Assembly: GCA_001643675.2 (NCBI GenBank)
Contig: LSRY02000008.1
Location: 1,240,001-1,304,000, forward strand
From: Monocercomonoides exilis PA203
Taxonomy: Eukaryota; Protista; Preaxostyla
Direction: 5' to 3'
DNA: 64,000 bases
In this document: piece after piece, positions 46,788 through 57,818 of the stretch
How the letters are laid out: each line of letters opens with the position of its first letter
How positions within the stretch are numbered: the stretch's first letter is position 1
Made by a program: the position numbers and the translations under genes
Notes under the pieces: model-generated
What the model was told of the DNA's origin: nothing
The model's database searches: none
The model's input: only the letters and a program-made list of their open reading frames with translations

Positions 46788-49115
46788 ATGGAAAAAAAGC
46801 AGAAAATTGAAACAAAAGGTAAAAAAGAGATGTGGGGAAGCCATGATGATCAGAAGGGGAAGAAGAAGCAGAAAAATGAGCACAGCCATATTGAGATATT
46901 TTGCAACGTTGTGCTAAAGGCGTTGAGAAGAGAAGGTTGCGTTGAAGAAAGAATTTCAGTGAATGAATCGCGTTTCTCATCTTCTTCCCCATTCTTCTTT
47001 TCACCTTCCATTCCCCTTATATCCCTCTTTCATTTGACATTTTTCAATATTTCAACAGCATCTTCAGATTGCCCATCTCCAACAATTACGTCAACCCAAA
47101 CATCAAGTTTTATGAATAGTTGCTCATTCTTGTCTGTTAATGATGCATATGATGGCGGAATTGTACCTTCACTCAACAATCCCTTGGCTTCTTTAACTGC
47201 CTCAAACACCTCGTTTGTGGGATGTTATCGGACAAGAAATGTTGTTTGCGAAGGAACTGCAGAAGTTCCATTGAAGCCAGACAGACAGAATGAAACATTC
47301 AATGGAGCTAATTCATTTATTTGGTGTGAATGGAATGGATCGAGTACGACCGGAACAAGCGATTCTATTTCAGATGGAATATCGAGTGGCGGGGCAATCT
47401 GCATGTATGGCCAATCAAATGCCACTGTTTCTATTAAGCACTGCTCATTCAACGACTGCTATGCCTATTATGATGGAGGGGGGGTCATGTGTGCAAAAAT
47501 CAAATCGGTTGAGATTATTAACAACACGTTCAACTCATGCACCGCAAAAACTTGGGCTGGTGGAGGGATGTGCATTTATACGATTTCAACATGTGTTCGG
47601 ATCAGCGGATGTGAGTTTCAGAAATGTTCTTCTTATGGCTGGGGAGGAGGACTTTATCTCGACAATTTTCAGGTTTCAGGAACAGATTGCATTGGAGAAG
47701 AAAATGGAGAAGGGGAAAGTGCGTGTGTGTTTGACTGCTGTTTCACTTCATGCTCAGTTACAAATTCGCAAGGTGGGGGCATGCGTTGTGCCACTGTTCC
47801 TGCAACGCAATTCAAAATGAGGAGCATTCAGTTTTTTTCATGTTCTGCACGGCAAGAAGGTGGAGGATTGTGTTTACATCCAAATCGAGCAACATCACAG
47901 AAAGATGTAATTTATTGTTATTTTTTGTTCTTCCATGAATGCAAATGCTCTGCAGCCACTCCATATGGGCATGATGTGATGTATTATGATTACTACAGTG
48001 TATATTTATCTCAAAATAATCCGTTCTATGAATGTTACACCACAAACACAGATGACCAGAGAGTGTGCTACGGATATAATTATACGGATTCTAAGGGTTG
48101 GACATATCAGCACACAGATAAGAAGGATTGGCTGAAGAGAGGGATTCTCAACCGATTTGTGGCAGTGAGTGGAGGTGGTGAAGAAGAGTTATGTGGACTG
48201 GATGAGTCAAGTGCATGCCGAACCATTGGTGTTGCAGTTGAAAAGAGCGTGATCCAGGTGAGCCTGTCAGTCACGCTGATGGACGGGAATCACACGAGCG
48301 AGACAACAACTATTAATATTGAGACAAAGAAGATTTCGGTCATTGGGAAAGGCAAAGATAAGAGTTCGATTGGAACAGGAGCCCTTTCATCAACTGGAGC
48401 GCTGTTCAGTGTGACAACAGGCCAACTTGGTTTATTGCACATGAAGGTTGATTGCAACTCAAATGCAAATCCTTCTTCGCCGAGCGTGGTTGTGGTGTCT
48501 GATGGGGGTGGGTCACTCTCGTTGGAGGATGTTGTGATCACCACGAGTAAAACAGGAGACTATGTGATGTCGTCGTCAGTGTTTGTGGTGCCGCTGTCGC
48601 AGCTGTCGATGGTTGATGTGGAGATAACAGATATGAATGTCTCAAAATCATTGTTCTCTGAGCCGGATCTCTCTTCTTCTTCTTCTTCTACTTCTTCTTC
48701 ATTGTCGTCATTGTCGTCATCTGCATTGTATCTGACAGCCACAGCATCAGGAGATAGCGTGCTGGCGAATGTGAAGGTGACGAATGTGAAGTTGACTGAA
48801 GGAGATGGGGTGGTTGTGGCAAAGAGTGTGAAGGCAGGAGAGACGTTCGGGATGATGAGCACGAGAACAGAAGGGGGGCAGAGTGGTTGTATGTTTGGGA
48901 AGGGCGATTTTGAGATGAATTTTTGGTCACATGTGAAATTGGAGGGAAGAATAAAAAATCATAAGTGCGTTGCGATTTTGTTTCTGTTTTGCTGCAACTC
49001 GTGCAACCCACATAAAATAAGCACCATCACTGCTGCAAAACTCGAAATCTCCTGTTTTATCGAGGAGCAGAAAATCGGGTTTATTTGTGAAAAGGAAAGG
49101 AAGAAAGGTGAGTAA
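46788..49115 (+). CDS. G7: Cys-rich beta-helix family protein, 775 aa (longest copy)
   Basis: Family motifs; extends to SSALYLTATASGDSVLANVKVTNVKLTEGDGVVVAKSVKAGETF, then degenerates. Confidence 0.8.
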   Translation: MEKKQKIETKGKKEMWGSHDDQKGKKKQKNEHSHIEIFCNVVLKALRREGCVEERISVNESRFSSSSPFFFSPSIPLISLFHLTFFNISTASSDCPSPTITSTQTSSFMNSCSFLSVNDAYDGGIVPSLNNPLASLTASNTSFVGCYRTRNVVCEGTAEVPLKPDRQNETFNGANSFIWCEWNGSSTTGTSDSISDGISSGGAICMYGQSNATVSIKHCSFNDCYAYYDGGGVMCAKIKSVEIINNTFNSCTAKTWAGGGMCIYTISTCVRISGCEFQKCSSYGWGGGLYLDNFQVSGTDCIGEENGEGESACVFDCCFTSCSVTNSQGGGMRCATVPATQFKMRSIQFFSCSARQEGGGLCLHPNRATSQKDVIYCYFLFFHECKCSAATPYGHDVMYYDYYSVYLSQNNPFYECYTTNTDDQRVCYGYNYTDSKGWTYQHTDKKDWLKRGILNRFVAVSGGGEEELCGLDESSACRTIGVAVEKSVIQVSLSVTLMDGNHTSETTTINIETKKISVIGKGKDKSSIGTGALSSTGALFSVTTGQLGLLHMKVDCNSNANPSSPSVVVVSDGGGSLSLEDVVITTSKTGDYVMSSSVFVVPLSQLSMVDVEITDMNVSKSLFSEPDLSSSSSSTSSSLSSLSSSALYLTATASGDSVLANVKVTNVKLTEGDGVVVAKSVKAGETFGMMSTRTEGGQSGCMFGKGDFEMNFWSHVKLEGRIKNHKCVAILFLFCCNSCNPHKISTITAAKLEISCFIEEQKIGFICEKERKKGE

Positions 49116-50410
49116 TTTGATGGAACATGAACGATTTATTTTTTCTTTGAAAAAAAAAGAGTATTCGAATTATTTTGCCATTTTCGATGTTTTGCAGAAA
49201 CAAAAAGTGGACAAGTTTCTTTGTTGAATCCTTCTTTTTTTTTTTCAATGAAAAAATTCATATGATTTTTATTTTTTCATTCATTAGCCAACTGCTTTTG
49301 AATGATTTTTTAGACTACAATAGTTATTAAAAATATATATCGATCTTTTCTTTTTCATTCTTTTTTTTTCAAATGAGATTTTCACAACATTTTTTTATTA
49401 CAAAATGAAAAAATCAAACAGTTCCCTTGTTTGAAAAGAAATATGAAATTTCGGAACAAACTGTTGAAGAACTTCAAAAATGATTTGTTGATGAACAAAC
49501 AAACAAATGGATGAATGAATGGATGAAAAACGCCAGACAATAGTATTTTCACAGCAACTGATGAATGAAAAAGGAAAACGATAACTTTTTTTTTGTATTT
49601 TTGTCAAATAATATCAAACTCTTCTGATTTATCAATCATTCATTTTCATTTTGACAGGGAGAAAAAATGAAAATAATTATTCATTGAGAAATCAGATGAA
49701 TTAGAAAATGGGTTTTATCATGATTTTGATGAGAAACATTTATCAAAATGAAAAATATGAATCAAAAAATAAATGAAATCTTTTTTATTAGAAATGATTA
49801 TTTTTCATTGATATTTAACTATATATCCTTTTTTATATCAACCATAAGGCACTCATTGGCTTTCAAAATCATGATTTCAAAATTAATCACCCATATTGAT
49901 TTTTTCCGAATTGAATGTTTGTTTTTTGTTTATTTTGTTTTCTTCTTCTTTTTTATCAAAACAAATTATTCTTTCACAAAACGATGAAAAAGAAGTTTTT
50001 GAAATTCATCAACACCGATTCATTTGTTCTTTTTATGTTTTTGTTTTCCAATTTCAATTTTGATAGTTTATTTTGATGAGGGAGGTTGTTCATCTTATCT
50101 CACAAGTTTTCTGTCAAAAACGTCGATTTGAAATTGAGATTGGGACACTTTGAAATGGACACTTGAAAGTGATAACAACATTGTGACAGTTCATTATTTG
50201 ACTTTTTCTTTCTCAAATAAAAAGTCTTATTAATAATTGAAAAGCCTATTTCACTTCTATTGAATATTCACAAATCAATCTCGAAAAGCTGTGTTATTAT
50301 CCATTCTCCAAATCATTTTCTGATCTCAAAAATCATTTTCCATATTCATCTCGATTATTACTTTTCATTTGGTTAAAAAAATAAGGATTCGGTTTTCTAT
50401 CTTATTTTAT

Positions 50411-50651
50411 AATGATTTATTTTTGAAATATCTCAAACGCGAAATTTTCATGCTATGTCGAACGTTTCTTATTCTTTTATCATTTTCACTTTTAAACTTT
50501 TTATTAAATCGAAAATAAAAAGTTTTGTTGAAATAATGAATATTCTATTTCTATCAACTTGAGTTGTTTCATGAGTTTGATCAAAAACCTTTGAAATAAT
50601 ACAAATAACATTTTGATTTCTTCATTAGCGACTTTTCAGAAAGAATAATGA
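50411..50651. mobile_element. Degenerate ~241-bp MITE-like element at the centre of P3
   Basis: Minus strand 50647-50623 reads TATTCTTTCTGAAAAGTCGCTAATG, nearly matching the TIR consensus. The symmetric left position reads ATTTATTTTTGAAATATCTCAAACG. Confidence 0.65.
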
Positions 50652-51971
50652 TATAATTGAGATAATAAATCAAATCCACAAATATAGAACCAAATGAAAA
50701 GAAATAATCGAGATGAATATGGAAAATGATTTGTGAGATCAGAAAATGATTTGGAGAATGGATAATCACGCGGCTTTTCGAGATTGATTTGTGAATATTC
50801 AATAGAAGTGAAATAGGCTTGTCAATTATTAATAAGACTTTATATTTGAGAAAGAAAAAGTCAAATAATGAACTGTCACAATGTTGTTATCACTTTCAAG
50901 TGTCCATTTCAAAGTGTCCCAATCTCAATTTCAAATCGACGTTTTTGACAGAAAACTTGTGAGATAAGATGAACAACCTCCCTCATCAAAATAAACTATC
51001 AAAATTGAAATTGGAAAACAAAAACATAAAAAGAACAAATGAATCGGTGTTGATGAATTTCAAAAACTTCTTTTTCATCGTTTTGTGAAAGAATAATTTG
51101 TTTTGATAAAAAAGAAGAAGAAAACAAAATAAACAAAAAACAAACATTCAATTCGGAAAAAATCAATATGGGTGATTAATTTTGAAATCATGATTTTGAA
51201 AGCCAATGAGTGCCTTATGGTTGATATAAAAAAGGATATATAGTTAAATATCAATGAAAAATAATCATTTCTAATAAAAAAGATTTCATTTATTTTTTGA
51301 TTCATATTTTTCATTTTGATAAATGTTTCTCATCAAAATCATGATAAAACCCATTTTCTAATTCCTCTGATTTCTCAATGAATAATTATTTTCATTTTTT
51401 CTCCCTGTCAAAATGAAAATGAATGATTGATAAATCAGAAGAGTTTGATATTATTTGACAAAAATACAAAAAAAAAGTTATCGTTTTCCTTTTTCATTCA
51501 TCAGTTGCTGTGAAAATGCTCTTGTCTGGTAATTTTCATCCTTTCCATATTTTCATCCATTCATCCATTCATTCATCCATTTGCTTGTTTGTTCATCAAC
51601 AAATCATTTTTGAAGTTCTTCAACAGTTTGTTCCGAAATTTCATATTTCTTTTCAAACAAGGGAACTGTTTGATTTTTTCATTTTGTAATAAAAAAATGT
51701 TGTGAAAATCTCATTTGAAAAAAAAAGAATAAAAAAGAAAAGATCGATATATATTTTTAATAACTATTGTAGTCTAAAAAATCATTCAAAAGCAGTTGGC
51801 TAATGAATGAAAAAATAAAAATCATATGAATTTTTTCATTGAAAAAAAAAAAGAAGGATTCAACAAAGAAACTTGTCCACTTTTTGTTTCTGCAAAACAT
51901 CGAAAATGGCAAAATAATTCGAATACTCTTTTTTTTTCAAAGAAAAAATAAATCGTTCATGTTCCATCAAA

Positions 51972-54299
51972 TTACTCACCTTTCTTCCTTTCCTTTTCAC
52001 AAATAAACCCGATTTTCTGCTCCTCGATAAAACAGGAGATTTCGAGTTTTGCAGCAGTGATGGTGCTTATTTTATGTGGGTTGCACGAGTTGCAGCAAAA
52101 CAGAAACAAAATCGCAACGCACTTATGATTTTTTATTCTTCCCTCCAATTTCACATGTGACCAAAAATTCATCTCAAAATCGCCCTTCCCAAACATACAA
52201 CCACTCTGCCCCCCTTCTGTTCTCGTGCTCATCATCCCGAACGTCTCTCCTGCCTTCACACTCTTTGCCACAACCACCCCATCTCCTTCAGTCAACTTCA
52301 CATTCGTCACCTTCACATTCGCCAGCACGCTATCTCCTGATGCTGTGGCTGTCAGATACAATGCAGATGACGACAATGACGACAATGAAGAAGAAGTAGA
52401 AGAAGAAGAAGAAGAGAGATCCGGCTCAGAGAACAATGATTTTGAGACATTCATATCTGTTATCTCCACATCAACCATCGACAGCTGCGACAGCGGCACC
52501 ACAAACACTGACGACGACATCACATAGTCTCCTGTTTTACTCGTGGTGATCACAACATCCTCCAACGAGAGTGACCCACCCCCATCAGACACCACAACCA
52601 CGCTCGGCGAAGAAGGATTTGCATTTGAGTTGCAATCAACCTTCATGTGCAATAAACCAAGGTGACCTGTCGTCACACTGAACAGCGCTCCAGTTGATGA
52701 AAGGGCTCCTGTTCCAATCGAACTTTTATCTTTGCCTTTCCCAATGACCGAAATCTTCTTTGTCTCAATATTAATAGTTGTTGTCTCGCTCGTGTGATTC
52801 CCGTCCATCAGCGTGACTGACAGGCTCACCTGGATCACGCTCTTTTCAACTGCAACACCAATGGTTCGGCATGCACTTGACTCATCCAGTCCACATAACT
52901 CTTCTTCACCACCTCCACTCACTGCCACAAATCGGTTGAGAATCCCTCTCTTCAGCCAATCCTTCTTATCTGTGTGCTGATATGTCCAACCCTTAGAATC
53001 CGTATAATTATATCCGTAGCACACTCTCTGGTCATCTGTGTTTGTGGTGTAACATTCATAGAACGGATTATTTTGAGATAAATATACACTGTAGTAATCA
53101 TAATACATCACATCATGCCCATATGGAGTGGCTGCAGAGCATTTGCATTCATGGAAGAACAAAAAATAACAATAAATTACATCTTTCTGTGATGTTGCTC
53201 GATTTGGATGTAAACACAATCCTCCACCTTCTTGCCGTGCAGAACATGAAAAAAACTGAATGCTCCTCATTTTGAATTGCGTTGCAGGAACAGTGGCACA
53301 ACGCATGCCCCCACCTTGCGAATTTGTAACTGAGCATGAAGTGAAACAGCAGTCAAACACACACGCACTTTCCCCTTCTCCATTTTCTTCTCCAATGCAA
53401 TCTGTTCCTGAAACCTGAAAATTGTCGAGATAAAGTCCTCCTCCCCAGCCATAAGAAGAACATTTCTGAAACTCACATCCGCTGATCCGAACACATGTTG
53501 AAATCGTATAAATGCACATCCCTCCACCAGCCCAAGTTTTTGCGGTGCATGAGTTGAACGTGTTGTTAATAATCTCAACCGATTTGATTTTTGCACACAT
53601 GACCCCCCCTCCATCATAATAGGCATAGCAGTCGTTGAATGAGCAGTGCTTAATAGAAACAGTGGCATTTGATTGGCCATACATGCAGATTGCCCCGCCA
53701 CTCGATATTCCATCTGAAATAGAATCGCTTGTTCCGGTCGTACTCGATCCATTCCATTCACACCAAATAAATGAATTAGCTCCATTGAATGTTTCATTCT
53801 GTCTGTCTGGCTTCAATGGAACTTCTGCAGTTCCTTCGCAAACAACATTTCTTGTCCGATAACATCCCACAAACGAGGTGTTTGAGGCAGTTAAAGAAGC
53901 CAAGGGATTGTTGAGTGAAGGTACAATTCCGCCATCATATGCATCATTAACAGACAAGAATGAGCAACTATTCATAAAACTTGATGTTTGGGTTGACGTA
54001 ATTGTTGGAGATGGGCAATCTGAAGATGCTGTTGAAATATTGAAAAATGTCAAATGAAAGAGGGATATAAGGGGAATGGAAGGTGAAAAGAAGAATGGGG
54101 AAGAAGATGAGAAACGCGATTCATTCACTGAAATTCTTTCTTCAACGCAACCTTCTCTTCTCAACGCCTTTAGCACAACGTTGCAAAATATCTCAATATG
54201 GCTGTGCTCATTTTTCTGCTTCTTCTTCCCCTTCTGATCATCATGGCTTCCCCACATCTCTTTTTTACCTTTTGTTTCAATTTTCTGCTTTTTTTCCAT
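51972..54299 (-). CDS. G8: palindromic twin of G7, 775 aa (TGH vs TGQ)
   Basis: ORF track; one amino-acid difference from G7. Confidence 0.8.
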   Translation of the reverse strand: MEKKQKIETKGKKEMWGSHDDQKGKKKQKNEHSHIEIFCNVVLKALRREGCVEERISVNESRFSSSSPFFFSPSIPLISLFHLTFFNISTASSDCPSPTITSTQTSSFMNSCSFLSVNDAYDGGIVPSLNNPLASLTASNTSFVGCYRTRNVVCEGTAEVPLKPDRQNETFNGANSFIWCEWNGSSTTGTSDSISDGISSGGAICMYGQSNATVSIKHCSFNDCYAYYDGGGVMCAKIKSVEIINNTFNSCTAKTWAGGGMCIYTISTCVRISGCEFQKCSSYGWGGGLYLDNFQVSGTDCIGEENGEGESACVFDCCFTSCSVTNSQGGGMRCATVPATQFKMRSIQFFSCSARQEGGGLCLHPNRATSQKDVIYCYFLFFHECKCSAATPYGHDVMYYDYYSVYLSQNNPFYECYTTNTDDQRVCYGYNYTDSKGWTYQHTDKKDWLKRGILNRFVAVSGGGEEELCGLDESSACRTIGVAVEKSVIQVSLSVTLMDGNHTSETTTINIETKKISVIGKGKDKSSIGTGALSSTGALFSVTTGHLGLLHMKVDCNSNANPSSPSVVVVSDGGGSLSLEDVVITTSKTGDYVMSSSVFVVPLSQLSMVDVEITDMNVSKSLFSEPDLSSSSSSTSSSLSSLSSSALYLTATASGDSVLANVKVTNVKLTEGDGVVVAKSVKAGETFGMMSTRTEGGQSGCMFGKGDFEMNFWSHVKLEGRIKNHKCVAILFLFCCNSCNPHKISTITAAKLEISCFIEEQKIGFICEKERKKGE

Positions 54300-54484
54300 A
54301 TTCCATTCGCATTCATCGCTTTTGAATATTCATGCAAAAGTCCCTATTATCAATTAAAAATATAAAGAAAAAATATAAAAAATATTTAAAATGTAATACA
54401 AAATATGAAAAACCAGTTCCATTTTCTTTTTGCAATCTTCTTCCTTTTCTCCTCCTCCTTCTTCTTCTCGAATTTTTGTCAAAA

Positions 54485-57400
54485 TTCTTCTTCAGCCATT
54501 TCTTCAATTTTCCGATTATTCTTTTCTGTTGATTCCCCTTCTTCTTTTTCAAAATTCAACATAAACCTTCAAAGCCCTCCTCTTCCATTCATTTCATTTA
54601 ATACCTCTGGCTCATTCTTCGATATTCTCAAAAAAATTGTGTTGCCTGATTTCTGAAATGCATCCAATGTGCTCTTTTCCCCATGTTCATTCATTCCCTG
54701 AAAACATCCTTCCATAAATCTTAATCCCTCAAAAATATAAAATAAATATGTGAAAAATTGGAGAAAAAAAATAATACAAAACAAACTCTGAAATATATTT
54801 ATTGCCAATCTTCACACACTTTCTTCTTCTTCAAAAGCCTCTCAAATTATTGTTCTTTTCTGCCAACAAAATTCGCCTTTTCTGTTTCCGCTGCCAATCT
54901 CAACATCAATGAAATCGATTCTGTTCTGCTTCAAAAAATTTGCTTTTTTCCAATTCTTGGCGCTGATTCCACTCAAATAATACACAAATAATAAAAATGC
55001 TTCAATAAAATTTTTAATGAAGAAGAAGATAATGACAGCGATGATGGCGATGATAGAGATGAAGATGATGAAGATGGTGAATGCGATGTTATTGTCAAGT
55101 TTGAATACTATATACCTTCTGTCAGAAGATATTCTCAGCATCACGGCCTCGTTCTCTGATTCAATGGATAACCCTTCGATGACATAAGGCTGAAGACAAA
55201 GGCAAAATGACTCAAATCCATTTTGCCTGTAATTTTCCTCAGCTGCTTGTATAACGCCAAACTGTCCGTTTTTCTCGTATTTTCGCCTCTCAACCCAAGT
55301 AATCTAATCCAGTTCCATCGCTCCCCTCAGTCCATAAAAGCAATGTCTTGCCCTTCTCATCCCAAGAAAGGCACCTTGTTCTGCTGCAGCTGTCTCTAAT
55401 CTCCTGTTTCAGTCATTTGCCCCAATCTCCCCAACAAACTTAAAAATGAAAATGTCCTCTTCCTCTTTTTAAAAACGTTCCCTTTTCATTGAATTTGGCT
55501 GTTCTTCCTTTTGGCCTTGGATGTCTTTCGACCCCGTTGATTTCTGCTCCATTAAAATTCATTTTTCATCAAATTTCTATCCATCGCGCATGCTGAGTCT
55601 ATAATAAGTCACTTAAATATTTATGACAAAATACATTCAGGCTCTAATATATTTGTAAGGTATCATTTGGCTCCCTTCCTCGCTGTTCTGCTCTGCAAAG
55701 AATAGATTGTCCATTTTTTATAAGTTGTCTGAATCACGACTTTGGAGAGGATACGGATAGAAATATCTTCACAATCAACAGAAAAATATAAAATACATAC
55801 ATTGAAAATTCTGCATTTCCATCGAAAATATTGTTGCTCCCCAGTATTCCAACAATCAAAATGAACAATTTCATCTTCCATCAAACAGATATTCTTTTGT
55901 AATACTCAACCTTTTCACTGGAAATATTTCACTTAGTCAATCTGCCTTTGTTTTAGCTTCGGAATCTGACCCCGTTGACAGTTTCTGAGCGTTTGACATT
56001 TCTTGATCATTTTCCATAACGAATAAGAGCCACAAAAGAAAAGGAGCACAACTCGATGTGCCGTGGCTGAATGGGCATATGAAGACAATGTGGTTGTAAA
56101 AGGATGGATTTGTGGTGTGGGGTGAAGGAGTTGAGTTCTTGGAGGAGGCAGGGTTTAGAGAGGGAATGGAACGATTAAAGGTATTTTTTGTGGAAAAGAG
56201 GTATTTTTGTGATATTTCAGAGGCAAAATGGATGTTTGGGAGATGGATTGGGATGAGGTTTGGAGGGATTGTTTTTTCGATTTTTGTGAGTTGGAAGGTG
56301 TGGGAATTGTGTTTATTATTTGAGAAAAGGAATTTGATGTGTTGGAGGTGGGATAAGAGGGAAGATAAGAAGGGCAGAAGATGGGTGAAGCGAATGGAAT
56401 ATATTTATTGGAGGAGAGGACGAGAAATGGAGAGATATGTGGAGGAGATTTTTTTTTATTTTCAAATGCAGAGAGAGAGGAGGAGTTCATATGAGGCGGA
56501 GCAAGGTGGAAAAGTTTTTGTGGGCTTATGTTTGATAAGAAAGAGAAGCGGGGTTGAAGGGGAAAAAAAAGTGAGAGATATTTTTTTATCTTTTTTTATT
56601 TTTTATTGAAAGGACAGTTTGGTCGCGCCTCTCATTTGCGGGGCAAGTGTTGGAGGCGGAGGCAGAGGAAGACGGGAAGAAGGAACATCAGCACTGGCAC
56701 TTTGCATTAGAGGTGTGGAGATGGATTCGTGACAGGGATGGATCGAGATGAGGTGCTGACCACGAGAAGATGTTTTGCGCCAGAGACATACAAAGAAATG
56801 GAGATATTTATTTTTATTGGTTGGAAGAAGGGGAATGGGAGCTGGGGAGACAGGGATTGTGATATTTGGTGGGATGGTATTGTTGTTGTTTTGGGGGGAA
56901 ATGGAGAGAAGAAGAAGAAGATTTTGGCAAGAGATAGGAAGGGATTCTTTGGATGGAATCTTCTTCATTGCTTGTTTTTTTATGGAATGGAATTTGTGGA
57001 GGTTATTTGGGTGGAAACAGAACAGAGGATTGAGCTTTTGTTAATATTTTAAAAAGAAGAAGAAGAAGAAAGAAAAAGTCAGCAAAAGGTGGTTATTGTG
57101 AAAGATATAGGTTTGCATTTTTTTTAAAATTATTTTAATTTTTCTTCACATATTATTATTTATGAAATTAGGATTTTTGCAGGATTGCTCAATGGCAATG
57201 AATGAACAAGGAATATGTCAAGAGGGGATGTTGGATGCATTAAAAGAAATCTGGAGATAATAATTGGAGGGCGTTTGGTGGAGTGAGCGGACGCAAAATA
57301 TAAATGAAAGGAAAAGAGAAGAAGATATATTTTTTTGAAGGTTTTGGAAGGCATATACGATGAATCTTGTTAAAAGTCAAAAATGAGATCAAGGAATTGA

Positions 57401-57818
57401 TGATGCAGCAGAAGAAGAAATTCAAGAAAAATTGAGAAGAAGAAGCGGAAGATGGTGAAAAGAAAATGGTACGGGGCTTTTCATATTTATTATTGAAATT
57501 TTTTTGCAATTTAATATTTTTGTATATTTTTAAGATTTTTGTAATATTAAATATGTTTTTCAATTGATAATAGGGACGTTTGTATAAGCCTTCAAAAGCG
57601 ATGGAAGTGAATAGAATGAGGAGAGAAGGCAGAATTTGATCCCAGAAGAAAAGGGGATTTTAAGGAAAGTTAATGACGAAGAACATTTGAATGCCGTTTC
57701 CATTTAGCGGAACAAAGGGAAAAAGATGCTTTTCTCTTGGGAATATGCATTTCAGAAGCGGAAGAAGAAATAGGAAAATGAAGAGTTTCTGTGAGCGAAT
57801 CACACTTTTCTTCTTTTT
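54485..57818 (-). repeat. 3.3-kb inter-gene cassette, copy C (inverted)
   Basis: Reverse complement of copies A and B. Confidence 0.95.
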
